Part shown: piece by piece, positions 27,099-36,864 of the stretch
Position numbering within the stretch: position 1 is the stretch's first letter
How the letters are laid out: each line of letters opens with the position of its first letter
Source of the DNA: a virus
DNA length: 64,000 nucleotides
Direction: 5' to 3' (one strand)
IMG/VR virus record: IMGVR_UViG_3300017605_000880
Coordinates: 1 to 64,000 of that record
Notes under the pieces: model-generated
Database searches by the model: none
What the model was told of the DNA's origin: nothing
The model's input: the letters and a program-made list of their open reading frames with translations, nothing else
Translations under genes and position numbers: made by a program

Positions 27099-27247
27099 GC
27101 GAACCGATCCTGGTGACGGACAGGTTCGCCGACGGCGGCGGATCGACCCCGATCACCGAACTGGACGAACCGACCTTGTACCGGCTGGCGGTGGCCGGGT
27201 CGGATGAGGCGGTCGAGGAGATCGCACGTCGCGCGAACAGCGACTAA
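27095..27247 (+). CDS. 50-aa acidic protein, candidate immunity/inhibitor
   Basis: ATGA overlap with the zincin gene. Confidence 0.55.
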   Translation: MSEPILVTDRFADGGGSTPITELDEPTLYRLAVAGSDEAVEEIARRANSD

Positions 27248-27297
27248 CCCCGGGCTTCCTGGTATCCTGGTCGTAACCGACAGAGAGGGGGCCGGCG

Positions 27298-29307
27298 TTG
27301 ACCAGAGCGCTCACCCCGGCCCACGCCGCCCAGCTACAGGTCGGAACCATGACCACCGCAGGCTACGGCACCCCCGCCCTGGTCAACCCCGGTGGTCCGG
27401 TCGAGATCACCGTCACCCCCGACAGCGACGGCGACGGGCAGCACCTCGATACTGGCGCCACCGGGCTGTTGATGCGCAGCCTCGCCGAACTGGACGCCGC
27501 CCGCCCCGAGTACGCCCTAGCCGACGAGATGTACGACGGGACCGTCGAAGAACTACACGTCTCCGATGCGATCGCCCGGCTGTTGGCCCAATCCGGCGTG
27601 AACAACATCGAAAACCTGAACTACGCGAAAGTCCCAGTCGACACCATCGCCGAGAAGCTGCAGATCCGCGCGATCACAGTCTCTGCCGGCGACCTGGCCG
27701 AGGACGACAGCCACGACCCCGACCGGGAGATCGGCGAAGCCGACCGCGACATCGAAGACGACCCCGAGGTCGACGAGCAGAAAGAAATCAGCAGCCACGC
27801 GCAGGAGCTGCTGGACGACATCCGGAAACGCAACCAGCTCGACGCGGAAGAACCCGAGCTGATGAAAACCTGCTCCAAATACGGCGAAGGATACCTGTTC
27901 GTCTGGCCGGTCGTGGCCGACCCGGAAGGCTACGAAGAAGCCTCACCGCTCGAACCGGACCAACCCGCCCGGATCGTCGGGGTCGACATGTTCGTCAACA
28001 GCCCGTACACCACCCGGGCGTACTACGACGCGGAGAACCCGCTGCGGATGACCCACGTCCTGAAATCGTGGGAGTGGTACGACGAGGCCAACGACACCGA
28101 CCGGCTCCGCGCCACCCTGTACTTCCCCGACCGGATCGAACGTTGGGTGGTCAAGCTGCAGGGCGACCCGGCCCGCCGCGAAGACTGGGAACACTACGTC
28201 GAGGGCGACGAGCAGTGGCCGTTGGACAACCCGACCGGTGAGATCCCGTTCTTCCACCTGCGCAACGACCGCCCCTACGGCAAACCGGAACACCGGGCAG
28301 CGTACGGGCCGCAGCGGTTGATCAACAAACTGGTCAGCACCCACGCGGCGACGATCGACTTCCAGGGCTGGCCCCAACGCTATTTCCTGATCGATCCTAA
28401 AGCCGACGACCCGATGATGAACCTGCTCGACCCGGACAACCCGGAGGACGATGGGGACGATCCGGAGGGCAGTGGGCGCAGCCCGTTCCGGGCCGACCCG
28501 GCAGCAGTGTGGAAGATGTTCGCCAGCGCGGTCGGGCAGTTCCAGGCCGCCGACCCGCAGGTGTTCATGGCACCGCTGGACCGGTACATCAAATCGATCT
28601 CCGAACTGTGCGGGATCCCGCTGGACCGGTTCGTCGGCTATTCCACCCCGCCGTCGGGGGAGTCGCGGAAGGCCGCGAACGAACCGCTGTACGAGAAGGC
28701 CGGATCCCGGCAGGACTCGTATGGTCCGGTGATGGAGGACGCGTACGAGTTCGCGCTGCAGCTGCTGGGTGTGACCGACGTGACGGTCGACGTGAAGTGG
28801 AAGCCGCTGCAGGTTGCGGTCGGGCTCGAGGACTGGAACATCATCCAGGCGAAGATCGGCAACGGTGTCCCGGTCCGGCAGGCGTTGATCGAAGCCGGCT
28901 ACCCGGAGGACGAGGTCGACATCTGGCTGGTGGATGAGACCGGCGCGGACCTGGTCCGCCGGGTGGCGTTGTTGAACTCGATCGGGACCGCGATCCAGGC
29001 GATGTCGGCCGGTGTCGCGGTCGGGATGGTCTCCCCGGAGCAGGCCGGCGACATCATCGCCCGGATCATCGGGGCGGTCGGGGAGAACCTGCCGCGCCTG
29101 GCGAAACCGGTCGCGTTGCACCCGCAGATGCAGCAGATGGCGGACCAGATGCAGAAGGACGCCCGGGGTCAGCAGATGGCCGAACATATCGCGTCGGCTC
29201 CGGCGCAGCCGCAGTTCGACCCGGAGGGGAAGCCTATCCCGCCGCCGCCGGACCGGCCGCTGCCGCCTATGCCACCTCCACCTCCGCCGGTCAAGGTCGG
29301 CAGGTGA
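27298..29307 (+). CDS. portal protein (SPP1 gp6-like)
   Basis: NYAKVPVD, KYGEGY, IPFFHLRN..PYG, GWPQRY, PSGES motifs; position after terminase. Confidence 0.85.
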   Translation: MTRALTPAHAAQLQVGTMTTAGYGTPALVNPGGPVEITVTPDSDGDGQHLDTGATGLLMRSLAELDAARPEYALADEMYDGTVEELHVSDAIARLLAQSGVNNIENLNYAKVPVDTIAEKLQIRAITVSAGDLAEDDSHDPDREIGEADRDIEDDPEVDEQKEISSHAQELLDDIRKRNQLDAEEPELMKTCSKYGEGYLFVWPVVADPEGYEEASPLEPDQPARIVGVDMFVNSPYTTRAYYDAENPLRMTHVLKSWEWYDEANDTDRLRATLYFPDRIERWVVKLQGDPARREDWEHYVEGDEQWPLDNPTGEIPFFHLRNDRPYGKPEHRAAYGPQRLINKLVSTHAATIDFQGWPQRYFLIDPKADDPMMNLLDPDNPEDDGDDPEGSGRSPFRADPAAVWKMFASAVGQFQAADPQVFMAPLDRYIKSISELCGIPLDRFVGYSTPPSGESRKAANEPLYEKAGSRQDSYGPVMEDAYEFALQLLGVTDVTVDVKWKPLQVAVGLEDWNIIQAKIGNGVPVRQALIEAGYPEDEVDIWLVDETGADLVRRVALLNSIGTAIQAMSAGVAVGMVSPEQAGDIIARIIGAVGENLPRLAKPVALHPQMQQMADQMQKDARGQQMAEHIASAPAQPQFDPEGKPIPPPPDRPLPPMPPPPPPVKVGR

Positions 29308-29310
29308 CCT

Positions 29311-30156
29311 GTGACGTGGGGACCGGACGACGAGCGGAAACACCCGCGCGACACTGAAGGCCGTTGGACTGACCGGCTCGATGCCCGGCTGCGCCGGCTG
29401 CCGGGCTTCCCGGCCGACGGGTTGAAGATGCAAGCGTCGGAGATGGCGTACCGTAAACGCTGGCTGGACGAGCACGGCCGGTACAGCGGGCTGGAGATCT
29501 GGCACCCGAACCAGGGCACCTGGATGGACGCAGCCGACGCCTTCCCGAAGGGCCGCTCCTACGGGCCGGCCGACGAGGACGACCCGATGAAGGGTATCAA
29601 ACTGGACGACCCGTACGGGCTCGGGATGGACGCGCACTGGACCCCCTCCGCTCCGATCCACGTCCGCAGGAAACTCGAGCCGTCCCGCCGGGTCGACCAG
29701 ACGCGGGAGAAGCCCAACCCGAGGATGGAGTACCTGCACGAGGAGACCGGCGTATGGGTGCCGGGGTCCAGGCTCGACGTTGACCCTGACACGGGGATGT
29801 GGGATGCGTTCGGCAGTCCGTTCGGTTCGGGGAAGGTCGCCGAACGCCCGCACTACCCGCCGACGAACTTCGACAAGCAGACCGTCGCTTATGGGTTCAC
29901 GCAGGAGGACCACGCGTTCAACGGGATGATCCGAACTATCCGCCTGCAGGATGTGGTCGACCAGCCGTCGTACCTGCAGGGCGGGTACCAGATGCTCGGG
30001 GAGGACGGCAACTGGCACACCTTGGAGGAGGTGTACCAGGTCTACCCGGAGCTTGAAGATTCGGATCTGTTCGAGTTGATCGCGGGGGATCTGCATTTCC
30101 CGGAGATCGAGGCGTCGTCGGAGTTGACGGTCCGCCGCACCCCAATGGACTACTGA
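29311..30156 (+). CDS. HPR-tagged protein with repeated beta-rich domain
   Basis: WGPDDERKHPRDTEGRWTD tag; C-term GGYQMLGEDGNWHTLEEVY... Confidence 0.7.
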   Translation: MTWGPDDERKHPRDTEGRWTDRLDARLRRLPGFPADGLKMQASEMAYRKRWLDEHGRYSGLEIWHPNQGTWMDAADAFPKGRSYGPADEDDPMKGIKLDDPYGLGMDAHWTPSAPIHVRRKLEPSRRVDQTREKPNPRMEYLHEETGVWVPGSRLDVDPDTGMWDAFGSPFGSGKVAERPHYPPTNFDKQTVAYGFTQEDHAFNGMIRTIRLQDVVDQPSYLQGGYQMLGEDGNWHTLEEVYQVYPELEDSDLFELIAGDLHFPEIEASSELTVRRTPMDY

Positions 30157-30170
30157 CAGGAGGAACAACA

Positions 30171-30344
30171 ATGGCAACCTACGGAGCGCCCCGGCAGGTG
30201 CCGGGCCGTAACAGCACCGGGCGCAGCGGGCAGACGGCCAGCGCGAAGCGTAAGGGCATGAAGGCGCTGCCGCCGCGACGGACCGGCGGGTCGAAGATGA
30301 CCCGCGACGGGTCGAACCCGATGGCCCACGGCGGGAACTGCTAA
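30171..30344 (+). CDS. 57-aa basic protein (not in ORF track)
   Basis: AGGAGG SD; MATYGAPRQ...NPMAHGGNC. Confidence 0.65.
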   Translation: MATYGAPRQVPGRNSTGRSGQTASAKRKGMKALPPRRTGGSKMTRDGSNPMAHGGNC

Positions 30345-30354
30345 GGAGACGGCG

Positions 30355-31209
30355 ATGCGCCGCTGGAATGAGAAGGACCACCCCCGCAACCCCGAGGACG
30401 GTAAGTTCCGGGACAAGATCGGCGGCGGCGGGTGGGCGCGGCGCATCTCCGACGCGATCGGACGGCGCCGGGGCGAGCGCGACCAACGCCGCGAGGACGC
30501 CCAATTCGAACGCGACCGGCGCGAGCACATGCGCACCCACCCGGGCGCGACTGCCCGGCAGGCTGCGATCCATGCGTCGATGCAGCAGTCGTTCCGCCGG
30601 GAGGACCAGGCCAGGGCGGCGGGCGACACTGCGCGGGCGGACAGGCTGCGGGCCCAGGGGTTCGATTTCATGCAGTCGTACCACCGGCCGGACCCGGGTG
30701 GGCCGTCGCGGCTGTCCCGGATGGAGGACGGCACCGGTTCGCGTGACCCCAGGCAGGTCGGTGGGCGTCCGATCGAGATCAACGGCCAGACGGTCGGGTA
30801 CGAATCGACCGGGCCTGGGATCCGGGGCGTCAACCAGGACGAGGAGGGGCTGCCCCGGGGCCAGTTGGATCGGGAACTGGCCGCGCTCGTGTCTGACCTG
30901 GACCTGCCGGCGCAGGATGCGCAGGCGTTGAACGAGTCGAAACACCAGATCATCACAACCTACGTCGATGACCTGTTCGAGGTCGCGGAGGACATCCAGA
31001 ACGGGGTCTTCCAGCACGATTTCGAGGAGGACCCCGACTTGGAGGATCTGGTGAATGCGATGGCGGATGTGGCGATGGACCGGCCGGACAACTGGGGCGC
31101 GATGCAGACGGCGGCGGAACGCCTACGGAAGTACATCATCCGCAGCGGCTACGCGAATGTGGCGAAGCTGCCGGCACGCCCGCCGGAGTCGACCTGGAGG
31201 AGAGACTAG
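30355..31209 (+). CDS. HPR-tagged hypothetical protein
   Basis: MRRWNEKDHPRNPEDGKFRDK tag; AAGGAG SD. Confidence 0.7.
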   Translation: MRRWNEKDHPRNPEDGKFRDKIGGGGWARRISDAIGRRRGERDQRREDAQFERDRREHMRTHPGATARQAAIHASMQQSFRREDQARAAGDTARADRLRAQGFDFMQSYHRPDPGGPSRLSRMEDGTGSRDPRQVGGRPIEINGQTVGYESTGPGIRGVNQDEEGLPRGQLDRELAALVSDLDLPAQDAQALNESKHQIITTYVDDLFEVAEDIQNGVFQHDFEEDPDLEDLVNAMADVAMDRPDNWGAMQTAAERLRKYIIRSGYANVAKLPARPPESTWRRD

Positions 31210-31211
31210 GC

Positions 31212-31241
31212 GTGACACACGCGGTGTCACTCTGATAGAAT
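31212..31241 (+). promoter_or_regulatory. GTGACAC-N5-GTGTCAC palindromic operator overlapping a TAGAAT -10 promoter
   Basis: Perfect inverted repeat 31212-31230; TAGAAT 31236-31241; ATG at 31248. Confidence 0.6.
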
Positions 31242-31247
31242 GGAGGT

Positions 31248-31445
31248 ATGGTGCGATATAAGACCAAGCGTACTGGCGGCACCAGCAGCAGCAGGATGGC
31301 CGCCGGGCTCGACCGTCTCGACCCCGTTACCCGATACGCTCTCGGGTACCGCCCCCGGAAGCTGACCTCAACCGGCGGCCGGATGCGCAGCTGGGTCCCA
31401 GGGGACCACCCCCGGGGCCGGGGCGGCAGATTCCGCAAGAAATAG
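31248..31445 (+). CDS. basic protein with C-terminal HPR tag
   Basis: Ends SWVPGDHPRGRGGRFRKK. Confidence 0.65.
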   Translation: MVRYKTKRTGGTSSSRMAAGLDRLDPVTRYALGYRPRKLTSTGGRMRSWVPGDHPRGRGGRFRKK

Positions 31446-31455
31446 GAGGAGAGCC

Positions 31456-31641
31456 ATGGCAGTCACCGTCAAACCCCTCGGACGGGTCGGTAAGTACACC
31501 GCCCGAGGCCACCACGCCCACACCGCGATCGGCTACCTCAACAGCGGCGCCCCCCTCGCACACGGCGGCAACTTCCGTGGCGGGACAGCCGCACCCCGCG
31601 CCCGTCGCGGCGGCGGCGGACGCCGACGCAGCAGCTACTGA
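31456..31641 (+). CDS. Arg/Gly-rich basic protein
   Basis: AGGAGG SD; PLAHGGN motif; RARRGGGGRRR. Confidence 0.65.
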   Translation: MAVTVKPLGRVGKYTARGHHAHTAIGYLNSGAPLAHGGNFRGGTAAPRARRGGGGRRRSSY

Positions 31642-31652
31642 GGAGTAAGGCC

Positions 31653-32540
31653 GTGGCCGATTGGGACCCGGGCAAACACCCCCGCGACCTGCGTGATGGG
31701 CAGTTCACCGAGTCGTGGGCCACGGCCATCTCCGACCAGATCGCCGGGGCGGTCGGCAGGGCCACATCCAGCCCGAACCTGCCCCGGCTGCAGCCCGGCG
31801 GCGGGCTGCCCGCTGACACCCCCGCCGACGGGCGGGTCGACACGATCGCCGACCTGGCCGACGCCACCGCCCACCTGGACAGCGGCGGCCACGAACGGTT
31901 CGAGGGTATCGAATTCTACGTGGGAGACGTTGGCTGGGTCAACGCTGACGAGGCGCGGTTGCTGCCCACCACACGAGTCGGACCCAACGGCCAGCTCTCT
32001 GACATCGGTCCCACTATCGTCCTGGACAACTCGGAGATGACCATCCCCGGCGGGCTGGGCGGAGCAGTCGACGTCAGCCTCGAGGGCAAAGCTCGGTGGC
32101 GCCACGCCGACATCCGGCCAGTCAACATCGACCAACCACCGAACCCCGACTGGGAATACCTGGTCGACTTTTACGACGAGTCGGAGTGGATCGACGCCCC
32201 GCAGATCGATGTGGCCGACGGGGAATGGGTGTACGACGGGGAGATATTGACCGCCGTCCTGGGGGGTCGTCCGATGATCGACCCGCCCGAGATGGAAGGT
32301 CTGCACACCCACCCTCAGAAGACCACCGTCGGCGCCCGGCTACTGGACAACCTGCCCGCCTGGACCGGCGGCGGATACCAGATCTACAACCCCGACACCG
32401 GGACCTGGCACACCATCGAAGAGATCTACCAGGACAACCCGGACGAAGAAGAAATCGAACTGATCGCCGACGGGTACCACCTGCCGCACCTGGACACCTC
32501 GGACGAGATCATCGTCCGCCCGATACCTGTAGGGGACTAA
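31653..32540 (+). CDS. HPR-tagged acidic protein with repeated beta-rich domain
   Basis: WDPGKHPRDLRDGQFTE tag; C-term GGYQIYNPDTGTWHTIEEIY... Confidence 0.7.
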   Translation: MADWDPGKHPRDLRDGQFTESWATAISDQIAGAVGRATSSPNLPRLQPGGGLPADTPADGRVDTIADLADATAHLDSGGHERFEGIEFYVGDVGWVNADEARLLPTTRVGPNGQLSDIGPTIVLDNSEMTIPGGLGGAVDVSLEGKARWRHADIRPVNIDQPPNPDWEYLVDFYDESEWIDAPQIDVADGEWVYDGEILTAVLGGRPMIDPPEMEGLHTHPQKTTVGARLLDNLPAWTGGGYQIYNPDTGTWHTIEEIYQDNPDEEEIELIADGYHLPHLDTSDEIIVRPIPVGD

Positions 32541-32542
32541 CG

Positions 32543-33010
32543 ATGGCCCGCGACTGGCACGAGAAGGACCACCCCCGCAACCCGGAAGACGGCCAGTTCG
32601 TCGACAAGGCCAGCGCCGGACGGTGGGCCAGCAGGATCTCCGACGCGATCGGACGGATGCGAGGCGAGCCCGGCCGTAGCCGCGAACAGCGTCGGATGGC
32701 CGACCCCAACGCGTTCATGCCCGGTCGTGGCGGGACCATCCGACACCCCGACGAGACCCCCGGGTCTGATCCGGACCCGGGCGACATCCGGTTCGCGCTG
32801 CAAAGCCAGGTCCCGTACATCCGCCAAACCGACCTGGACGCGCTGTCGGACGAGATGATCATGGAGGCGATCGACCAAGCCAAGGAGGACGCCGCGACCA
32901 ACCCGCCCGAGGGGATCTCGTTCGACGAGTTCGTCGTGGACCAGCTGACCCAACTGCTGCGCCACGCCCACCCCAGCGAGCTGTGGCCACACCTGTCCGA
33001 GGAGGGCTGA
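32543..33010 (+). CDS. HPR-tagged hypothetical protein
   Basis: MARDWHEKDHPRNPEDGQFVDK tag. Confidence 0.7.
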   Translation: MARDWHEKDHPRNPEDGQFVDKASAGRWASRISDAIGRMRGEPGRSREQRRMADPNAFMPGRGGTIRHPDETPGSDPDPGDIRFALQSQVPYIRQTDLDALSDEMIMEAIDQAKEDAATNPPEGISFDEFVVDQLTQLLRHAHPSELWPHLSEEG

Positions 33011-33234
33011 TGGCGTACAAGGCGAGCAAGACCTTCCGACGGCAGATCGGGCAGGGCGTGCGTGCGTTGGGCCGCGCCATCGCCGCCGGGATCCGCCTGA
33101 CCCGGCAGAAGAGGCTCCAACGGATCCGCACCGGCGAACTGCAGGGATCGGTCCCGCGCCGGCACAGCCGCGCCCGAGGCCGTGTCACAGCCACCCGGCA
33201 CGGAATCCGCACCGCCCGCCGTAGACACCGCTAG
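33010..33234 (+). CDS. Arg-rich basic protein
   Basis: GGAGG SD, TGATG overlap; MAYKASKTFRR...RTARRRHR. Confidence 0.6.
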   Translation: MAYKASKTFRRQIGQGVRALGRAIAAGIRLTRQKRLQRIRTGELQGSVPRRHSRARGRVTATRHGIRTARRRHR

Positions 33235-33243
33235 GAGCCGAGA

Positions 33244-36200
33244 ATGGCGCGACGCCGATACGGGATGCACCCCGGGGATGACGACCAACCCCGCTGGCCT
33301 GAAGGCACCCCGGTCCGCCCGGACGGGCACGGGCCGGGCGGTGGGCGGTTCCGTGGTACCGGTGATGTCGGCGGGGCTGATGTTGGCGACCTCGTGTCCG
33401 GGCTACAGGGCGCCTCGAGCCGGCCGTGGTACGAGACCGCAGCCGGGCAGATCGCACAGCAACGCGGCGGCGGACACCCCCGGGTGGGGTACAACCTGGC
33501 TGTGATCAACGCCGCCCAGGCGCAGTACAACGAGAACCGGGGCGACGGGTACAACGACGACCAGCTGCCGCAGCTGATCGGGCAGTACAACGTCGCGGAG
33601 GCGCAGGGCAACCCGGCTGGGCAGGATGTCGCGGTCGATCAACTCCGGTCGTGGATCGATTCGCACTACCCGGAGCAGTGGGCTGGCGCTCTGCCGGCGC
33701 GGGTGGAGGCCCGGGAGGCGCCCCGGGCGGCGGACCAGGACCAACGCAACCAACGGATCCTGATCCAGGCGTTGGCGTTCCAGTCGAATATCGAGGCGAA
33801 CACCGGCGACCCGGACGACGATTTGGCGATCCGGATCGAAGCACTCGAGCGGCATCTCGGGCGGACTGGGCACCGGGTGGAGGCGGATCGGGAGGCTGCT
33901 GCGCTGCGGCAGTACATGGACAGCGAGATGGACCGGGAGGCGGCGCAGAACCCGGTGTTGCGCCGCCAGGCTGGGCAGGGCGATCTGGGTGAGATCCAAC
34001 GGCTGCTCGAGCCGGCCGGGCAGTTTGCTGGGCCGCCGTCGGACCACGACCGGAACCTGCGGCTGGTCAACGCGATGGAAACCCCCGACGGGGGTGAGGT
34101 CACCGCCGTTGAACTGCTCGAACTGGTCGGCAACGGGCACCGGCTGGAGGTGTTGGGCCGGCACGGGTGGGATCGGGTGGAGACGGTCGACGTCTCCGGC
34201 GAGGGTGACCATTTCATCTACCTGGAGAACGACCCGGAGCCGATCTCGATGTCGCCGGATAGCCGGCTGGCGATCCGGTTCCCCCGGCCGAGCAACGTCG
34301 ACGATGAGTGGCTGCAACAGCACGCCAACCGGCGGGGCCGGGCTGGCGGGGGTCCGCACCCGCTCGGTTGGGACACCGGAGATGAACCAGCCGGTGAGCC
34401 GGAGTTGGACCTCGGTGGGAACCCGGCCACCGACCGCGACGCATGGAACCGACTGGTCGTATATGTTGCCCGTCGTTCCATGGCCAGCAACCCCCGGAGC
34501 CAATTCGACGACGACATCACCAGACACATCATCCGTGACATTGGGCACCCCGATGTCACCGACGTGCAGGGGGTGGCCGACAGCAACGCCGAAACCCTGG
34601 CAGCGCGGTTGCAGCGGCTATATGGGGCCTCGATCATTGACCCACCAACCCGCCGCGCCGAGCCGCAGTTCACTATCCCCGAGACTGGGGTCATCTCCGC
34701 CGCCGAGGACGTGAACCGCGTCCGCCGGGTGACGGGCCAGGCGGAGGACGCCCACCTGACCGACATGCTGCGGGTGGTGCGGGGTGAACTCCCGGGCGAC
34801 CCGCATGGCATGGTGGCGGCGATGCGGCAGCGGCTGCAGCAGATCCACGGCGTGGCCGTTCCTGGCGGCGACGAGTTGGATGTTTTGAGCGACCGCGACC
34901 TGCGCGACCTCGGCATCGAATACGACATCGCAGTCCCCGCACCGCCTCTGGCCCCCGACTACCGCGCCGACCTGATCGCCCGCATCCGCTACCGGCAGCA
35001 AGTCGACGCCGCCAACCGCGCAGTCTCACGAGCTGTCGCCCACAGCAACGTCAACTGGGCCGACACCCACATCAGCCACCAACGGCCCGGGTTCTATCGC
35101 CAAGCGGTTGACGACTACCAGATGCCGTTGCAGATCCGCGACGCGCAGGGCCAGTGGCGTACCGTCACCTCGATCGGCCACCCGACCAACGGGCAGTACG
35201 AGATCATCCACGACGGACCGACCGGCCGCACGTTCGTCCCCGAGAACCACATGATCACCGCCCGGTTCGGGTCGGACCGCAGCGGGCCGGACAGTGAGAA
35301 CCGGCAGCGGTTCAACCAGCAGGTCGCGGTGGTTGCCGAGTCGATGCTCGAGCAGGTGGCTCCGGAGGACCGGGCGGACGACGAAGGCTACACCCGGCTG
35401 CGCGCCGCGCTCGACAGCTACAACGACACCACCTCCAACCCGGATGACCAGGAGTCGATCGACTCGGCGGTGGACGATCTGGTGAACGAACTGGCCGACT
35501 GGGATATCTACTTCGACGTCCCGCCGTACCAGGACTACGACAGCGGCGGCAGCAGCTACCTGCCGCCGAGCCGGTACAGCGGCGGAGTCTACACCGGGGA
35601 CGACCAAGAAGACGACTACGAACTGCCCGCAATCCCAGAACTGTACGGTAACGAACGGCTCGCGGACGTGATGGGCCAATGGCCGACCGACCACAACGAG
35701 GATCTGCCGTCCGGGTACGAGGACCGGGCGTCGGAGATCTGGGACTGGCACGACCGGGTCACCGGGTACCGCGCCGAGGTCATCGGCGTCAGCGCCGACG
35801 GCGACGGGCTGTCTGTCGAAGGCCGGGTGTACGACGGGAACAACGAGATCGGGAAGTTCACCCGGACCATCAGTCCCAGCAGACCGCACCGGATCTACCA
35901 CGCCTACTTCAAGATGTACGACAACCAGGGCGGAGGGTTCGCCACCCGATGGCTGGACCAGGTTAAACAGCAATACCGCGACCAGGGGTTCACCGAGATC
36001 GGGGTCTCGGCCAACCTGGACGTCGGCGGGTACGCCTGGGCGAAGATGGGGTTCGATTTTGCTTCTCGCGACAGCGCCCGGCTCACACTCATAGGGATGA
36101 TGAGCGAGATCACCGGCGCCCACCGGGCAGGCCGGATCGACGACCGGACGCTGCAGGAGGCGCAGGAGCTGCAACGGCGGTTCGACGCGGGGGAACACAT

Positions 36201-36357
36201 CACCCCGTTGGAGATCGCGATGGTCGGGTGGCGGTCCCGGGCCGAGTTCGTCGACCTCGAGGATGCACCGGAGGATCCGAACGGCGACCCGATCGAGATG
36301 TGGTGGGGCAAACGGTTCCTGCTGGGCAGGAGTTGGTCAGGAGTGATGCAGCTGTGA
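33244..36357 (+). CDS. large PRWP-tagged multidomain protein with C-terminal GNAT-like domain
   Basis: QPRWPEGTPVRPDGHGPGGGRF tag; C-term HAYFKM..NQGGGFA...VSANLDVGGYAWAKMGFDF. Confidence 0.75.
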   Translation: MARRRYGMHPGDDDQPRWPEGTPVRPDGHGPGGGRFRGTGDVGGADVGDLVSGLQGASSRPWYETAAGQIAQQRGGGHPRVGYNLAVINAAQAQYNENRGDGYNDDQLPQLIGQYNVAEAQGNPAGQDVAVDQLRSWIDSHYPEQWAGALPARVEAREAPRAADQDQRNQRILIQALAFQSNIEANTGDPDDDLAIRIEALERHLGRTGHRVEADREAAALRQYMDSEMDREAAQNPVLRRQAGQGDLGEIQRLLEPAGQFAGPPSDHDRNLRLVNAMETPDGGEVTAVELLELVGNGHRLEVLGRHGWDRVETVDVSGEGDHFIYLENDPEPISMSPDSRLAIRFPRPSNVDDEWLQQHANRRGRAGGGPHPLGWDTGDEPAGEPELDLGGNPATDRDAWNRLVVYVARRSMASNPRSQFDDDITRHIIRDIGHPDVTDVQGVADSNAETLAARLQRLYGASIIDPPTRRAEPQFTIPETGVISAAEDVNRVRRVTGQAEDAHLTDMLRVVRGELPGDPHGMVAAMRQRLQQIHGVAVPGGDELDVLSDRDLRDLGIEYDIAVPAPPLAPDYRADLIARIRYRQQVDAANRAVSRAVAHSNVNWADTHISHQRPGFYRQAVDDYQMPLQIRDAQGQWRTVTSIGHPTNGQYEIIHDGPTGRTFVPENHMITARFGSDRSGPDSENRQRFNQQVAVVAESMLEQVAPEDRADDEGYTRLRAALDSYNDTTSNPDDQESIDSAVDDLVNELADWDIYFDVPPYQDYDSGGSSYLPPSRYSGGVYTGDDQEDDYELPAIPELYGNERLADVMGQWPTDHNEDLPSGYEDRASEIWDWHDRVTGYRAEVIGVSADGDGLSVEGRVYDGNNEIGKFTRTISPSRPHRIYHAYFKMYDNQGGGFATRWLDQVKQQYRDQGFTEIGVSANLDVGGYAWAKMGFDFASRDSARLTLIGMMSEITGAHRAGRIDDRTLQEAQELQRRFDAGEHITPLEIAMVGWRSRAEFVDLEDAPEDPNGDPIEMWWGKRFLLGRSWSGVMQL

Positions 36358-36590
36358 ACAGACAGGAATACCTGCGTAGGGCGGCGGAGATTCACACCGC
36401 GTGGTCCGCCCGGTACGCTGACCGGATCGAACCGGCGACGGGTGCGTCCAGCCCGCACGAGCCGGGCGGCGAGTCGGATTTCGCCGAACATCACCACGAT
36501 GTGTCGGCGCCGCCGCATTTCGCGGATCTGCTGGACGAACAGCTGCAGGCGTTGACGCAGGAGTACCAGGCTAGTCCCGACCGGGGGTGA
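36354..36590 (+). CDS. small protein, candidate immunity
   Basis: GTGA overlap; AGGAG SD. Confidence 0.55.
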   Translation: MNRQEYLRRAAEIHTAWSARYADRIEPATGASSPHEPGGESDFAEHHHDVSAPPHFADLLDEQLQALTQEYQASPDRG

Positions 36591-36649
36591 GACAATGGGC
36601 GGGAACAGCCGCCCATCACCCGACGTTGAACCACCGGAGGTTACACACG

Positions 36650-36862
36650 ATGCGCAAGGTGAGGATCCAGACCATCCCCGAACCCGGCAGCCACGAGAAG
36701 CCACAAGAACTCGGGCAGCTGGTCGAGAACAACGGGCAGATCATCGGCACCACCCCCGCTGCTGAGGAAATCCTCGGCCCCGACCCCGGACAACGCCAAG
36801 CCAAGTTCGACCGGTACCACCGTGGCTGGGCCAACGGGTACGTCGAAACCCTGGCAGCGTAG
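36650..36862 (+). CDS. small hypothetical protein
   Basis: GGAGG SD; MRKVRIQTIP...GWANGYVET. Confidence 0.6.
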   Translation: MRKVRIQTIPEPGSHEKPQELGQLVENNGQIIGTTPAAEEILGPDPGQRQAKFDRYHRGWANGYVETLAA

Positions 36863-36864
36863 CT

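Noticed and set aside
27943-31017. 1024-aa antisense ORF and other long shadow ORFs (e.g. 51236..53125, 51552..53384, 24964..26415)
   Set aside because: They lie antisense to well-supported genes; long stop-free reverse frames are expected at this GC content, and they show no motifs.
30370-32657. Diversity-generating retroelement template/variable repeats
   Set aside because: No reverse transcriptase was seen, the repeats are N-terminal, and the mismatches are not adenine-specific.
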